IMG/VR virus record: IMGVR_UViG_3300012948_000003
Span: 1-64,000 of that record
DNA from: a virus
Reading direction: 5' to 3' (one strand)
DNA length: 64,000 nt
In this document: positions 1-9,297 of the stretch, in pieces
Layout of the letters: the number at the start of each line of letters is the position of its first letter
How positions within the stretch are numbered: position 1 is the first letter of the stretch
Translations under genes and position numbers: made by a program
The notes under the pieces: model-generated
Told to the model about the DNA's origin: nothing
The model's input: the letters and a program-made list of their open reading frames with translations, nothing else
Databases searched by the model: none

Positions 1-75
1 AGCGTGAAGCGCTTGCAGCAAGAGCGGAACAGATCGCTCGCGATATGGCTGCGTATATGCAGCCGGGAGAATGAT

Positions 76-1278
76 ATGAAGAACCAACCAATAGACAAGG
101 TGGTTTCCGCAAGAGCAGGATTGATTCTCGATCATTGCTTCTTCGGAAGCCTCGCTTGTCATCTCCAGCTCGATGAGAACGAAGCCGAGAGCGGTGGCAT
201 TGCTGCGACAGACGGAGTTCGATTAATCTTCAATCCCGAGTGGGTGAAAGACGCACCGCGAAGTCATATGCTCAGTATGGTCGCTCACGAAGTACTGCAT
301 AACGCGGACGGCGACTTCTGGCGTGGCGAAGGGCGAGATCGAAAGCGCTGGCAATATGCTACCGATCATCGCATTAACAACATGCTAACGGATTGCGGAT
401 TCGTTATTCCGTCGAACTGGCTCTGTGATCGACAATACAGAGGAATGTCGGCTGAGCGCATCTATGATCTACTGCCGCCTGACTTCGATAAGGACGAAGA
501 CGGTGACGGACAGGGACAAGGTCAAGGCAAAGACAAACCCGGTCGTGGTAAACCCGGAGGTAAGCCGGGTAAAGGCAAGCCGCGTCCTTGTGGCGGCTGC
601 ATAGGTCCTCAGCCCGGCTCCGAAGCAGAAGCGCTCGGGCAAGACGCAATGAAGGCTCGCTGGGAAGAAGCAGTACTGCAAGCCGAGAAGACTGCGAAAA
701 TGATGGGGAACCTTCCGGGCGGTCTCGAACGAATGCTTGAACGGATTCGCAAACCGTTCGTCGATTGGAAAGCTCTCCTGTGGCGTTTCTTTCAAGATAG
801 CGCGAAGGCTGATTATCGATGGACACTGCCCAATCGTCGCTTCATCGGACAGGGGCTCTACCTTCCGTCGCTGAGATCAGAGCAGATGCCACCAATTATC
901 TTCGTGTTCGATACTTCAGCTTCGATTGATGAAGAGGAAGCAAATCAGTTCGCAGCAGAAGTAGTCGCAGCAGCAGAGTCGTGTAACCCTGAAGAGATCA
1001 TTGTTATTCACTGCGATGCAGCAGTACATAACGTTGAGCGCTTCTTGCCCGGTGAGCCAATCAAGGTTCATCCTGTCGGCGGAGGTGGCACCGACTTCCG
1101 GCCAGCCTTTAAGTATGTCGAGAAGGAAGGCATTGAAGCAGCATGTCTCGTCTACCTGACAGATATGTACGGGACTTTCCCTAAGACGGAACCTGACTAT
1201 CCTGTTATGTGGGCGAGTACGACATTCAATGCGAAGGCTCCTTTCGGTGAAGTCGTACCAATCAAGGATGACCGCTAG
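76..1278 (+). CDS. Metallopeptidase-like (HExxH) plus C-terminal VWA domain protein (DUF2201-type)
   Basis: AATDG...HEVLH motif; VWA MIDAS-like DTSASI, GGGGTDF and YLTD motifs. Start set at ATG 76, after GGGAGA. Confidence 0.85.
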   Translation: MKNQPIDKVVSARAGLILDHCFFGSLACHLQLDENEAESGGIAATDGVRLIFNPEWVKDAPRSHMLSMVAHEVLHNADGDFWRGEGRDRKRWQYATDHRINNMLTDCGFVIPSNWLCDRQYRGMSAERIYDLLPPDFDKDEDGDGQGQGQGKDKPGRGKPGGKPGKGKPRPCGGCIGPQPGSEAEALGQDAMKARWEEAVLQAEKTAKMMGNLPGGLERMLERIRKPFVDWKALLWRFFQDSAKADYRWTLPNRRFIGQGLYLPSLRSEQMPPIIFVFDTSASIDEEEANQFAAEVVAAAESCNPEEIIVIHCDAAVHNVERFLPGEPIKVHPVGGGGTDFRPAFKYVEKEGIEAACLVYLTDMYGTFPKTEPDYPVMWASTTFNAKAPFGEVVPIKDDR

Positions 1279-1296
1279 TCGGTCATCCTTTCTTTT
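1264..1296 (+). terminator. Intrinsic terminator-like hairpin
   Basis: 11-bp stem AAGGATGACCG/CGGTCATCCTT followed by TCTTTT, at the stop of the VWA gene. Confidence 0.6.
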
Positions 1297-1305
1297 AAAA
1301 GAAAA
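1288..1305. repeat. Dispersed palindrome copy 1 (17/18)
   Basis: CTTTCTTTTAAAAGAAAA. Confidence 0.95.
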
Positions 1306-1316
1306 TGGAGGACGCT

Positions 1317-1478
1317 ATGAAGATGAAAGTTTCGATCTACCTTAACGGTCGGTTCATCGGTCGCGTCATCTTCAATCGCAGCGACGAACAGCGCTGGCCG
1401 TTTAAGATGCGACCGAAGCTAACACTGCGAGACGCTAACGGAGCTGCATGGTTCTTCTATAGAAAGGAGAAGCAATGA
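1317..1478 (+). CDS. Small hypothetical protein (53 aa)
   Basis: GGAGGA RBS before ATG 1317; stop overlaps the next start (ATGA). Below the ORF-track length cutoff. Confidence 0.55.
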   Translation: MKMKVSIYLNGRFIGRVIFNRSDEQRWPFKMRPKLTLRDANGAAWFFYRKEKQ

Positions 1479-2056
1479 AGATTACCAACTACACGAAGAT
1501 CAACACAGCGACTCTCCGGACTATTGCAAAGAGAGTCGCTGACGTCGAGCTGGAGGAAGACCAGATCAAAATCCTTCACTTGATATTCAGGATGCACGGT
1601 GATCTCACTGCGTATCCACTCCCGGAGCAGGTCGTCTACTCCAACGAACTACGACAGGCTGCTGCTGAGATTCGACAGCGCTACACGCGGATCATTGTCA
1701 TCACGTCTCGCAGTCCAGTCGCGTTAGCTCACTCGCTTGCATGGGAGATGCTACAAGCGCAAGGCGAAGACATCGTACATCAACGTTCCGATTGGGATCG
1801 ATATCAATCGTGGAAGCCTTACGAGTGGGCGAAGGAATATTCACTCGCCGACAAACCTGTAAAGCAGAAGCCTGTCATCCCAATGCAGGAACGCCGCTAT
1901 CAACTCGTGCTCGAAGGCATCGAGCGCTGGAACCAGCGCCAGAAGGAAGCTAACGAGCGCTGGAACCGGGAGACTGAGCAATGCAAGAGACGCCTTGCCA
2001 AACTGCGCAAGCGTCAGCGATACTATGAACGAACTTTGAAAAGGAGACCTCAATGA
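1475..2056 (+). CDS. Hypothetical protein with C-terminal coiled coil
   Basis: AAGGAGA RBS; translationally coupled to neighbours. Confidence 0.75.
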   Translation: MKITNYTKINTATLRTIAKRVADVELEEDQIKILHLIFRMHGDLTAYPLPEQVVYSNELRQAAAEIRQRYTRIIVITSRSPVALAHSLAWEMLQAQGEDIVHQRSDWDRYQSWKPYEWAKEYSLADKPVKQKPVIPMQERRYQLVLEGIERWNQRQKEANERWNRETEQCKRRLAKLRKRQRYYERTLKRRPQ

Positions 2057-2466
2057 ACAACACAACCAAAGCTCTGTACAACGCTGTCGGCGTCTTAATC
2101 AAGACGCCTCGTATTCACGAGTTTCTTACCCAGTGGGACCCGAAGGCGCTCTCGCAAGCAACAGACGCATTCGTCCTCGCGACAGATACAGAAGACACTC
2201 TACCGAACTGCTTAACTCACGGCGGAACACCGCAAGAGGTTCTCGTCGAACAGCGGACTGCAATTCTGACTGGCTTACGTAGCGCACGTTACCATCTCGA
2301 AATGGCCGCACCGCATCCTCGCGATTATCTATTCCAGTCGAGTACCTACGAGAAGGCACAGCGAGTTTACGCGGATCGACTGAAGACGCTCGATGATATG
2401 ATCAACGAAATCGATACCGAGACGTACGTGATCTCGAACATGACACTCGGCAATCCTCGGAGGTGA
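2053..2466 (+). CDS. Hypothetical protein
   Basis: AAGGAGA RBS; ATGA overlap. Confidence 0.7.
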   Translation: MNNTTKALYNAVGVLIKTPRIHEFLTQWDPKALSQATDAFVLATDTEDTLPNCLTHGGTPQEVLVEQRTAILTGLRSARYHLEMAAPHPRDYLFQSSTYEKAQRVYADRLKTLDDMINEIDTETYVISNMTLGNPRR

Positions 2467-2469
2467 CCA

Positions 2470-2817
2470 ATGGCAAAGGTCGCAGAAGTGATGAACCTGA
2501 TCGATAGCGCAAAGGGGAAGTTCTTTGCGGTCACGTTCGTTGAACGCAAGACCGGAGAGGTTCGACATATGATCTGTCGCACTGGCGTACGCAAGTACGT
2601 CAAGGGTGTCGGACTGAAGTTCAATCCTCGGGAGCGTGGTCTCGTCGGCGTCTGGTCGGCGGATGCGCAAGGCTATCGATTCATTCCTTGCGAGATGGTA
2701 ATGCAGCTTGTCATCGCAGGGCAAACCTACAACTTCGAGATGCCTAACCGCATCTCGACTACGCAAGCTCTCCAGCTATCCAGTGAGATAGCTGGAGCAG
2801 CTAAGGAGACCCAATGA
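2470..2817 (+). CDS. SH3-fold (WYL-like) phage protein
   Basis: FFAVTFVERKTGEVRHMICRTGV...GYRFIP pattern typical of small phage SH3 beta-barrel proteins; GGAGGT RBS. Confidence 0.6.
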   Translation: MAKVAEVMNLIDSAKGKFFAVTFVERKTGEVRHMICRTGVRKYVKGVGLKFNPRERGLVGVWSADAQGYRFIPCEMVMQLVIAGQTYNFEMPNRISTTQALQLSSEIAGAAKETQ

Positions 2818-3080
2818 AGCAAAAGAAATTCTATGAAACAATTCTCACTGTGCAGGGAGACAATGAGTTCCCGGTTGATATGCTGCGCTACTCAAGCTGT
2901 TTCCCTGATAGCGAAGCCAGCAGCCGGGCTATCGAAGAGTCGTGCAATCCAATGATCGGCGATAAGACTCGGACAGTTGAGCTGCGACGACGAAGCGTTA
3001 ATCCGACGTTGCCTGCTAATGAAGAGGCGCGTTGGAACGCGTATCACTGGACAGTCCTCAGCGAACGCTCGATGCGCTAG
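2814..3080 (+). CDS. Hypothetical phage protein
   Basis: AAGGAGA RBS; FPVDMLRY motif. Confidence 0.7.
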   Translation: MKQKKFYETILTVQGDNEFPVDMLRYSSCFPDSEASSRAIEESCNPMIGDKTRTVELRRRSVNPTLPANEEARWNAYHWTVLSERSMR

Positions 3081-3088
3081 GAGGACTT

Positions 3089-3514
3089 ATGACTATAGAA
3101 GAAGCTGACAAAGTCTTAAAGGAGCTGAGTATAATTGACGAGCGGGATCATTACTTGCCGGACGAGACGGCTGCATTACGTCACCGTCTCGTTCCGACAA
3201 GACCGCTGAACGAGATCGTAATCATCGACACGCCCGGTGATTACTGCGGCAGCATTCTTATCATTGGCAGTCACGCCTTCGTCCTCTACAAGTTCTTGCG
3301 TACACACTGGCGTGGGGATATGCTTTCGATTCTGCGCAACGCAGAGCCGACAGACAACGCACTGACTTACTGCCGAGACTTCCTAGTCATCCTCAATCGT
3401 CTTGACCCGCCTTCAAACCACATCGGTCCCTCCGGGCGAATGTTCAGGTCCGACTACGCTACGTGGCCCGGTGGCATCGACACTCCTGTCTTTGGTATCA
3501 GGCGAATCGTTTAG
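3089..3514 (+). CDS. Hypothetical protein
   Basis: GGAGGA RBS before ATG 3089; last gene of the + strand block. Confidence 0.65.
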   Translation: MTIEEADKVLKELSIIDERDHYLPDETAALRHRLVPTRPLNEIVIIDTPGDYCGSILIIGSHAFVLYKFLRTHWRGDMLSILRNAEPTDNALTYCRDFLVILNRLDPPSNHIGPSGRMFRSDYATWPGGIDTPVFGIRRIV

Positions 3515-3703
3515 GTTCGCCTGATCACTCTTGCCGACTAATATATTCAATGCAGCTTTGACGTCGTTCTGATCGAGCGCAATAGTCGCAGCCTCAAGCC
3601 CGGCTAGCGCTTCAAAGCAGGATCGCATACCAGCGCCCGGCTCCTGTATCTGATTGTCCAGCACTTTCATCAATGTTTCTAGCGAATCAAGTACGCTTTT
3701 CAT
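3413..3703 (-). CDS. Hypothetical protein
   Basis: ORF continuing the - strand operon; its 3' end overlaps the convergent gene. Confidence 0.4.
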   Translation of the reverse strand: MKSVLDSLETLMKVLDNQIQEPGAGMRSCFEALAGLEAATIALDQNDVKAALNILVGKSDQANLNDSPDTKDRSVDATGPRSVVGPEHSPGGTDVV

Positions 3704-3851
3704 CTCGCCTCTTCTCCTCCAGCCTACGATCCTTCTGTTCGTCCACATACCGTTTGATCTTTTCTATCTCTTCCTGACCATGCGTATACGAACAATGAAT
3801 CTCAAGCAATCGTACAGAGTCACATTCGAAGTCACACCTGTCACATTTCAT
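3687..3851 (-). CDS. Small C2H2-type zinc-finger protein
   Basis: CDRC...LEIHCSYTH; ATGA coupling. Confidence 0.55.
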   Translation of the reverse strand: MKCDRCDFECDSVRLLEIHCSYTHGQEEIEKIKRYVDEQKDRRLEEKRRDEKRT

Positions 3852-4117
3852 CGCTGATCCTTCCCGGTGAATATCTTCGCCACTTCCCACTCCCAGTCTT
3901 CCGTAGGAGTTCCTATTGCATTCAGCAGCGTAGACGCCACACGTTCCCAGCAGTCTCGCATTAGCTCAGGCGCTTTGAATGAGGCGTCTGACTTATTCCA
4001 CTCAAGCTGTGCGCGGAGGTCCAGCTCGCTCTCCGGGATCACAGCAAGCATTTGATCTATGACTTCTGTTAGGTCCCTTTGCCGCGTTACTCTTCCGTCT
4101 CCCGCTCTTTCTTCCAT
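3848..4117 (-). CDS. Hypothetical protein
   Basis: Packed ORF downstream of recA. Confidence 0.6.
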   Translation of the reverse strand: MEERAGDGRVTRQRDLTEVIDQMLAVIPESELDLRAQLEWNKSDASFKAPELMRDCWERVASTLLNAIGTPTEDWEWEVAKIFTGKDQR

Positions 4118-5106
4118 TTCTTCCTCTCATCTTCCATAATCTCTGCCCGTAGGCTCGCCGCGTCGTCAGGATGCTCTTTAAGCCACTTTATAGCGGCATC
4201 CCTGCCCTGACCCAGCTTCGTTCCATCCCAGCTAAACCACGCCCCGCTACGCTCGATCTTATGCCGTTCCAGCGCCTCATCCAGCAGGTCTCCATCGAAT
4301 GAGATACCCTCTCCGAAGATCAAATCAAACTCAGCCTTCTTGAACGGTACCGCTACTTTGTTCTTTACGAAGTGACATTGTGTTCGCTTGCCGATCTGGT
4401 AATCTGCGTTGTCCTTGATCTGCTCTATTGACTTGATCTCGATGCGCATAGAAGCGTAGTAGCGCAGAGCCCGGCCACCGCTTGTCACTTCACCCGGAGG
4501 TCCTGAGAACTTCCCAGTTGGAATCTTTGATCTGAGCTGGTTGATAAAGAGCAGACATGCCTTCGAACGCTTCACGACCGCTGTCAGTTTCCTCAGCGCT
4601 TGCGACATCAGCCGTGCAAGAGGCGAGACATGCCTGTCTTCCATCTCGCCTTGAAGTACTTCCTCTGGCAGGAGCGCATCAACGCTATCGATCACGACAA
4701 GGTCTATCTCTCCGCTGCGGATCAGCGTCTCTGCAATTGTCAAACCCTCTTCACCGTTATCCGGCTGCGACAGGTGGACATCGTCAAGATTAATGCCCAG
4801 CTTTGCGGCATACTCGATGTTTAACGCGTTTTCCACATCAATGTAGGCTACGTTGCCACCCGCCTTCTGAACGTTCGCTACAAGGTGCAGAGCCAGCGTT
4901 GTCTTGCCTCCGCCTTCCGGACCGAAGACTTCACAGATTCGACCTCGGGGTACCCCTCCAATCCCGCTGGCAATATCAAAGCTCAAACACCCGAGCGGAA
5001 TCGCGTCAACTTCAGCAGGTGCATCCGAGAACTTCATAATCGATTCCGGACCATACACCTTTTTGATTTGCGCGATAGCCGCCTTTAGCCCGTCGCCTTT
5101 AGCCAT
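4087..5106 (-). CDS. recA: Recombinase RecA
   Basis: GGVPRGRICEVFGPEGGGKTT (Walker A), VVIDSV, ARLMSQALRKL, INQLR, GGRALRYYASMR, VKNKVA, GAWFS. Confidence 0.97.
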   Translation of the reverse strand: MAKGDGLKAAIAQIKKVYGPESIMKFSDAPAEVDAIPLGCLSFDIASGIGGVPRGRICEVFGPEGGGKTTLALHLVANVQKAGGNVAYIDVENALNIEYAAKLGINLDDVHLSQPDNGEEGLTIAETLIRSGEIDLVVIDSVDALLPEEVLQGEMEDRHVSPLARLMSQALRKLTAVVKRSKACLLFINQLRSKIPTGKFSGPPGEVTSGGRALRYYASMRIEIKSIEQIKDNADYQIGKRTQCHFVKNKVAVPFKKAEFDLIFGEGISFDGDLLDEALERHKIERSGAWFSWDGTKLGQGRDAAIKWLKEHPDDAASLRAEIMEDERKKWKKERETEE

Positions 5107-5235
5107 ACCAACCTGTAAGCCTCTCGCAACACTTCCTCAACGTAGCTGCAAGTCGGATTAGCGCCGTCTGCATTCGAGCTTCCCCGCAGCTCAGCTCGGA
5201 CTTCCTCGGCTGAGGCTCCAGCCTCTAGCATTGTC

Positions 5236-5487
5236 TTAGCGGTTTCCAGAAGCCACATCGCGTTCCTCTTTCAGAGCTTTGATCACTCTCGATTCAACCT
5301 GTACCCAGCTCCCAGTTGATATCGCTGCGACGATACGCGGCTGATAATCCACCGTGCCTTCTGTGATCAGGATATCACCACGGTGATTGATCGTTGCGCC
5401 CTTACCTTCAAACTTCACTACGCTGACTTTCTTCTCGCCCCTCTTCGGTCGGAGCGTTATCGTATACTCCCGTCTCTCGTATGCCAT
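5236..5487 (-). CDS. Hypothetical protein
   Basis: GAGGA RBS before MAYERRE. Confidence 0.55.
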   Translation of the reverse strand: MAYERREYTITLRPKRGEKKVSVVKFEGKGATINHRGDILITEGTVDYQPRIVAAISTGSWVQVESRVIKALKEERDVASGNR

Positions 5488-5899
5488 TGGTTTCCTCTGT
5501 AGGTAATATCTCATTGAATAGATATCCAGTTCGCTTGCTCTCAGTGTAGAGATCATTGTCAGATTTCTTCGCGTTACAGTTGACCTCAGACTTCTTACCG
5601 TGAGCTGCTGCAATGTTAGACTGCTTCAACGGACCGCCAGAGATATGCGGTACAACGTGCTCACCTTCTGCTTCATCCCACGCAAGAGCATTGTGACAGA
5701 TGTTACAGCGACCTCCCTGCTTCTCCCATGCGATCCGCACCATTGAACGCGGAATCTCTCGACGTGGGTCAACCTTCTCCGGACGCATCTTGATCCCGGT
5801 CTTCAGGAATAGCTTACAGGCGTCTCGCACTGGAGCTATGCCAGTCTGCCGGGCTTCCGCCATCAAGAGATCGAATACCTTCTGCGCTGCTGCATTCAT
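5408..5899 (-). CDS. HNH endonuclease-family protein
   Basis: QGGRCNIC...EHVVPHISGG...NIAAAH...CNAKKSD. Confidence 0.85.
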   Translation of the reverse strand: MNAAAQKVFDLLMAEARQTGIAPVRDACKLFLKTGIKMRPEKVDPRREIPRSMVRIAWEKQGGRCNICHNALAWDEAEGEHVVPHISGGPLKQSNIAAAHGKKSEVNCNAKKSDNDLYTESKRTGYLFNEILPTEETNGIRETGVYDNAPTEEGREESQRSEV

Positions 5900-6276
5900 T
5901 CCTCTACTGCCTCCGCTTCAATGTCTATCACCTGCCCTTCGAGCGCTTCTTTCGATAAATCAACTCCAACCTGTACGTGATACGCAGCCGGATCGTAATC
6001 GTTTCCACCACGTGCTGTATACTTCCACTCGGGCTGTCGTCGCCCGTGGCTCGCTGGAGCCTTGCTCGGAAGAAAACGCCCAGTGAATCCTATCAATCCT
6101 TGCCTCGATGCCGACTGCGCTACTGCGCCCCACGAGTTCTCTGAATGCGGCAGTGGCAGATCACGTTTGACGTAATCAGCTCGCCAGACCTCAACGAGAG
6201 CTGGACCGTGCGTACGTAGAAACTCTACAAGGTCCGCCACCGCATTCTTGTGCCATGTCTTGTCTTTGTACTTCAT
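5896..6276 (-). CDS. Hypothetical phage protein
   Basis: Coupled ORF; NSWGAV...GLI...SH..R...W pattern. Confidence 0.7.
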   Translation of the reverse strand: MKYKDKTWHKNAVADLVEFLRTHGPALVEVWRADYVKRDLPLPHSENSWGAVAQSASRQGLIGFTGRFLPSKAPASHGRRQPEWKYTARGGNDYDPAAYHVQVGVDLSKEALEGQVIDIEAEAVEE

Positions 6277-6623
6277 TAGTTCACTACGCTGTGCGCCTGA
6301 TTCTCTTCCGGACCTACTGCTCGTTTCTCCCCGTCTCTTAGTTGCCAGAATTTGTCTTGTACCGCACTGACCAGCTCCTTAATCGCTTGCCGACCTAACT
6401 CAGTGGGCGGATAGCGACTCGCTGACAGCTCTAGCAGACCCTTCCGATCTTCAGCATCAATCAACGCAGCGCATTCTGCGCAAGCCGCCCAGCGATCATC
6501 GTAAGAACAATTGAATGTCAGACGGTTAATCACCAGTTTGATCGTGAACGGCTTGCAATGATAGTCCGCTACTATCGGAGCCGGGTCACAACAGAAGTCA
6601 CAGTTGAGTGGGGCAGTTCTCAT
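6276..6623 (-). CDS. Hypothetical zinc-binding protein
   Basis: CDFC...WAACAECAALI. Confidence 0.7.
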   Translation of the reverse strand: MRTAPLNCDFCCDPAPIVADYHCKPFTIKLVINRLTFNCSYDDRWAACAECAALIDAEDRKGLLELSASRYPPTELGRQAIKELVSAVQDKFWQLRDGEKRAVGPEENQAHSVVN

Positions 6624-8056
6624 TTCGTTCTCACTTTCAACGCTTCGTCGCCTGTCGCACGAGCCATAATAAACTGGAAGCCTTCAGCTCGGGCTGCTTC
6701 AACTTCCTTCTCGAAGAGCGCGAACTGGTTCGGGTCCAGCTCCTGCATTCGGTCTACAAGGATCAACGGTACTTTACTCGCTTGCGTCCTGATCTTCGCT
6801 ATTTCTACCGCAATGCGTACGCGCCGGGCATCATTGGCTCGATCAAACGGGATGTAGTCCTGTACTGAATCTTCGAAAACATAGACCTCGCCTTCTCGTA
6901 TTTCGACACCCTGTATTGGCAGTGACTTTATCAACGACTCCTTGAGGTCGCCCAGTTCATCGAGAGACCGAGTTAGAATCTCCGATGCTGCCTCCGCCTT
7001 CTCCGCCTCGGTTTCGCGTTGTTTAATCAGATCGCGTAGAGACTGCGCCTTCATATGCACATCGCGCTTTGCTTCGATGTCGGCAATTGCTTTCTTGATC
7101 TCGTCACGTACCGGAGCCTGCTCCGCATCGAACGCCTTAAGCTGATCAGCAGCGTCGGTCTTTAACGTGTTGAGCGTTGCGGTCTGCTCGGTCTTGATGT
7201 CGTTCAGTTCTCTTATGCTGCGCATCTGTATCTCACCGACCTCTTGCTGCAAGGCTGCGATCTGTACTTCGAGCTGCTTGACTTGTGTATCTGTAGCCTG
7301 CTGCGCTTCGTTGTAACCGAGCCTGTATGCCTTCTCTGTTTCCGCCATCTTCTCTTCCATTGTAGTTCGTATGGAATCAACTCGAAGCTGGCGCTGACTC
7401 TCTTGTGTATCCAGCTCCTTCCGCTTTTCTTTTAAAAGAAAATCCCAGTCACCACCCTCCGCTTCCTCGGGGAGCGCTTTCCGGGCTTCCATTGCAGCGG
7501 CAGTAGCGGTCCTTGCTACTCGATTGATCCCGGTCCGCTCGTCATAGATCATCTTCGTTGTCGAAGCGATCACTTCGAGAGGATGCTTGCCATCGAGTGT
7601 ATCAAGGTGGAAGTTAACAGGCAGACAAGCATTGACCTGTTCCAGCGTCAGCTCCAGCGGCATCGACTCCAGCAGCAACTCTGCGCGATACTTCGGCGGA
7701 GCAATCAGGAAGTCTACCGGGTTCAGCGCAAAGCGATCCAGCAGTGAGTCTATGAAACGCTTCGAAGCTGAGATACGTCCGGTGTTAGGGAGTGAGACCT
7801 TACTGTCAGAGCGTGTCGCGGTAATCGTCTTCTCGATCTGCGTCCCGTCATCGAGTACCAGTACGACCTCGCCTTTCTTTTGTCCTTTGCGTAGCAGCGT
7901 GGCGTCGTGGCCGAATCCGAACGCTGCGCGAATAGCATTCAGGATCGACGTCTTACCGGAAGCGTTAGGCCCTTCGAGAACCGTTTCGCTGCCCGGCTTG
8001 ATCTCGATCTCCTGAATCCCGAGAATGTTCCGAATTAGTATCTGTGTTATTTTCAT
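6620..8056 (-). CDS. SMC/Rad50-like P-loop ATPase with coiled coil
   Basis: EGPNASGKTS Walker A, long central coiled coil, C-terminal LILVD Walker B. Confidence 0.85.
   Translation of the reverse strand: MKITQILIRNILGIQEIEIKPGSETVLEGPNASGKTSILNAIRAAFGFGHDATLLRKGQKKGEVVLVLDDGTQIEKTITATRSDSKVSLPNTGRISASKRFIDSLLDRFALNPVDFLIAPPKYRAELLLESMPLELTLEQVNACLPVNFHLDTLDGKHPLEVIASTTKMIYDERTGINRVARTATAAAMEARKALPEEAEGGDWDFLLKEKRKELDTQESQRQLRVDSIRTTMEEKMAETEKAYRLGYNEAQQATDTQVKQLEVQIAALQQEVGEIQMRSIRELNDIKTEQTATLNTLKTDAADQLKAFDAEQAPVRDEIKKAIADIEAKRDVHMKAQSLRDLIKQRETEAEKAEAASEILTRSLDELGDLKESLIKSLPIQGVEIREGEVYVFEDSVQDYIPFDRANDARRVRIAVEIAKIRTQASKVPLILVDRMQELDPNQFALFEKEVEAARAEGFQFIMARATGDEALKVRTK
7425..7442. repeat. 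Dispersed palindrome copy 2 (perfect; intragenic, read as FLLKE)
   Basis: TTTTCTTTTAAAAGAAAA. Confidence 0.95.
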
Positions 8057-8537
8057 TATCGTCCTTTGTCTTGCCATTGAGAGTAGCGATTAAGAACTTC
8101 GTGACCTCTTCCTGTATTCCGGGATTGTGCGATTCACGATTGCCTGCCACGTTCAAGACTGTAATCCGTTCTAGCCTAATCCAGTTCAGGAAGTCTGTTG
8201 TCACCTGCTCTTCCTCATGCTCAAACACAGGCAATGCAATCGGGAACCACGGCTTGTTATACAGCTTGCAGCATCGCTTCGTCGCTCGTGATCCTAATGA
8301 CCTGTCGTTGCCAAAGATCACTGTACCATTCGAGTTGGCGACATTGATCGAAGTACGATTCGGGTATGAACTCGACGGACTCTCCTCTGCTCCATACAAT
8401 GCAGCAAACTCGGGGTGATTGCCGTCTTCGGCTTTATAGCCTTTCGGCATCGTTCCGCCTGTCTCTAGACCGAGATGTTTGGCAGCAAGCCACCCACCTC
8501 GGTCTGCGCCTGTTTGACCACCAGAGATGATCTTCAT
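7965..8537 (-). CDS. SLOG-superfamily protein ('putative molybdenum carrier' type)
   Basis: KIISGGQTGADRGG...RT..NV..S.GT...LNVAGNRES. Confidence 0.85.
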   Translation of the reverse strand: MKIISGGQTGADRGGWLAAKHLGLETGGTMPKGYKAEDGNHPEFAALYGAEESPSSSYPNRTSINVANSNGTVIFGNDRSLGSRATKRCCKLYNKPWFPIALPVFEHEEEQVTTDFLNWIRLERITVLNVAGNRESHNPGIQEEVTKFLIATLNGKTKDDNENNTDTNSEHSRDSGDRDQAGQRNGSRRA

Positions 8538-8689
8538 ATAGCCCTCTTCAGCATCACTGCTGTCCGTTTCACCTTACCGCATTCGTAGCAACACTGTGCA
8601 AACTGTCCATCTTCCGTCTCGTATAGAATCCCGTAGTGATGCTCGTGTCCACTTACCCACGCAATGAATTTCGTTAGCAGTGTTTTCAT
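8534..8689 (-). CDS. Small hypothetical protein
   Basis: HEH...CYECG; ATGA coupling. Confidence 0.5.
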   Translation of the reverse strand: MKTLLTKFIAWVSGHEHHYGILYETEDGQFAQCCYECGKVKRTAVMLKRAI

Positions 8690-9297
8690 TTGTAGGACCT
8701 CAATTGCTCCCGGCGCTCCAGCAATTGTTCGATAAAGCAATTCACTGCGGTATCCAGCTTCGCAATGTACTGATTATCCCGGAGTACCCGTAATAGAACT
8801 GGTGGCATGTCTGGATGATAGCTTAGCCAGTCCCAGTTCTCTCGCCCGGTAATCCACATCGAGCCTTGCACCTGTGGGATGTAGACTGTTGGCATGTCCT
8901 GCGCGAGCATGTAGCTAACGTGCGTAGATGCTTTCGGACATTTGATCTCCAGCCCACCGTTGATCGCATCAACGAGACCATCAGGCGAGCAGCCGACTAG
9001 CTTACGTTCGTCCTTATAGATGAAACCTACTTGTGTCACCTCCCTGTCAGTGAGTAATTGATAATACAATCGAGCCTCGGGTTCTGTATTGGTACCGTGC
9101 TCCATCCACATCGTGCTTCCACTCGATTCGTATTTTTCTGTCAGATCGAACGCGAGTAGTTCGTACATGTATTTGACAGCTTGATCGGATGGCTTACCAG
9201 TCGGTGTGAGAATACGACCGAACTGGCTTGCTGTCGGAATACCACCGTGCGCCCGGACCCAATCTTCTGAGTGTTGTTCATACGGTTCGATAATCAT
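8686..9297 (-). CDS. YqaJ/lambda-exonuclease family protein
   Basis: TASQF, HGT..EPEAR, GCSPDGL, LEIKCP, YIPQVQ. Confidence 0.93.
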   Translation of the reverse strand: MIIEPYEQHSEDWVRAHGGIPTASQFGRILTPTGKPSDQAVKYMYELLAFDLTEKYESSGSTMWMEHGTNTEPEARLYYQLLTDREVTQVGFIYKDERKLVGCSPDGLVDAINGGLEIKCPKASTHVSYMLAQDMPTVYIPQVQGSMWITGRENWDWLSYHPDMPPVLLRVLRDNQYIAKLDTAVNCFIEQLLERREQLRSYK

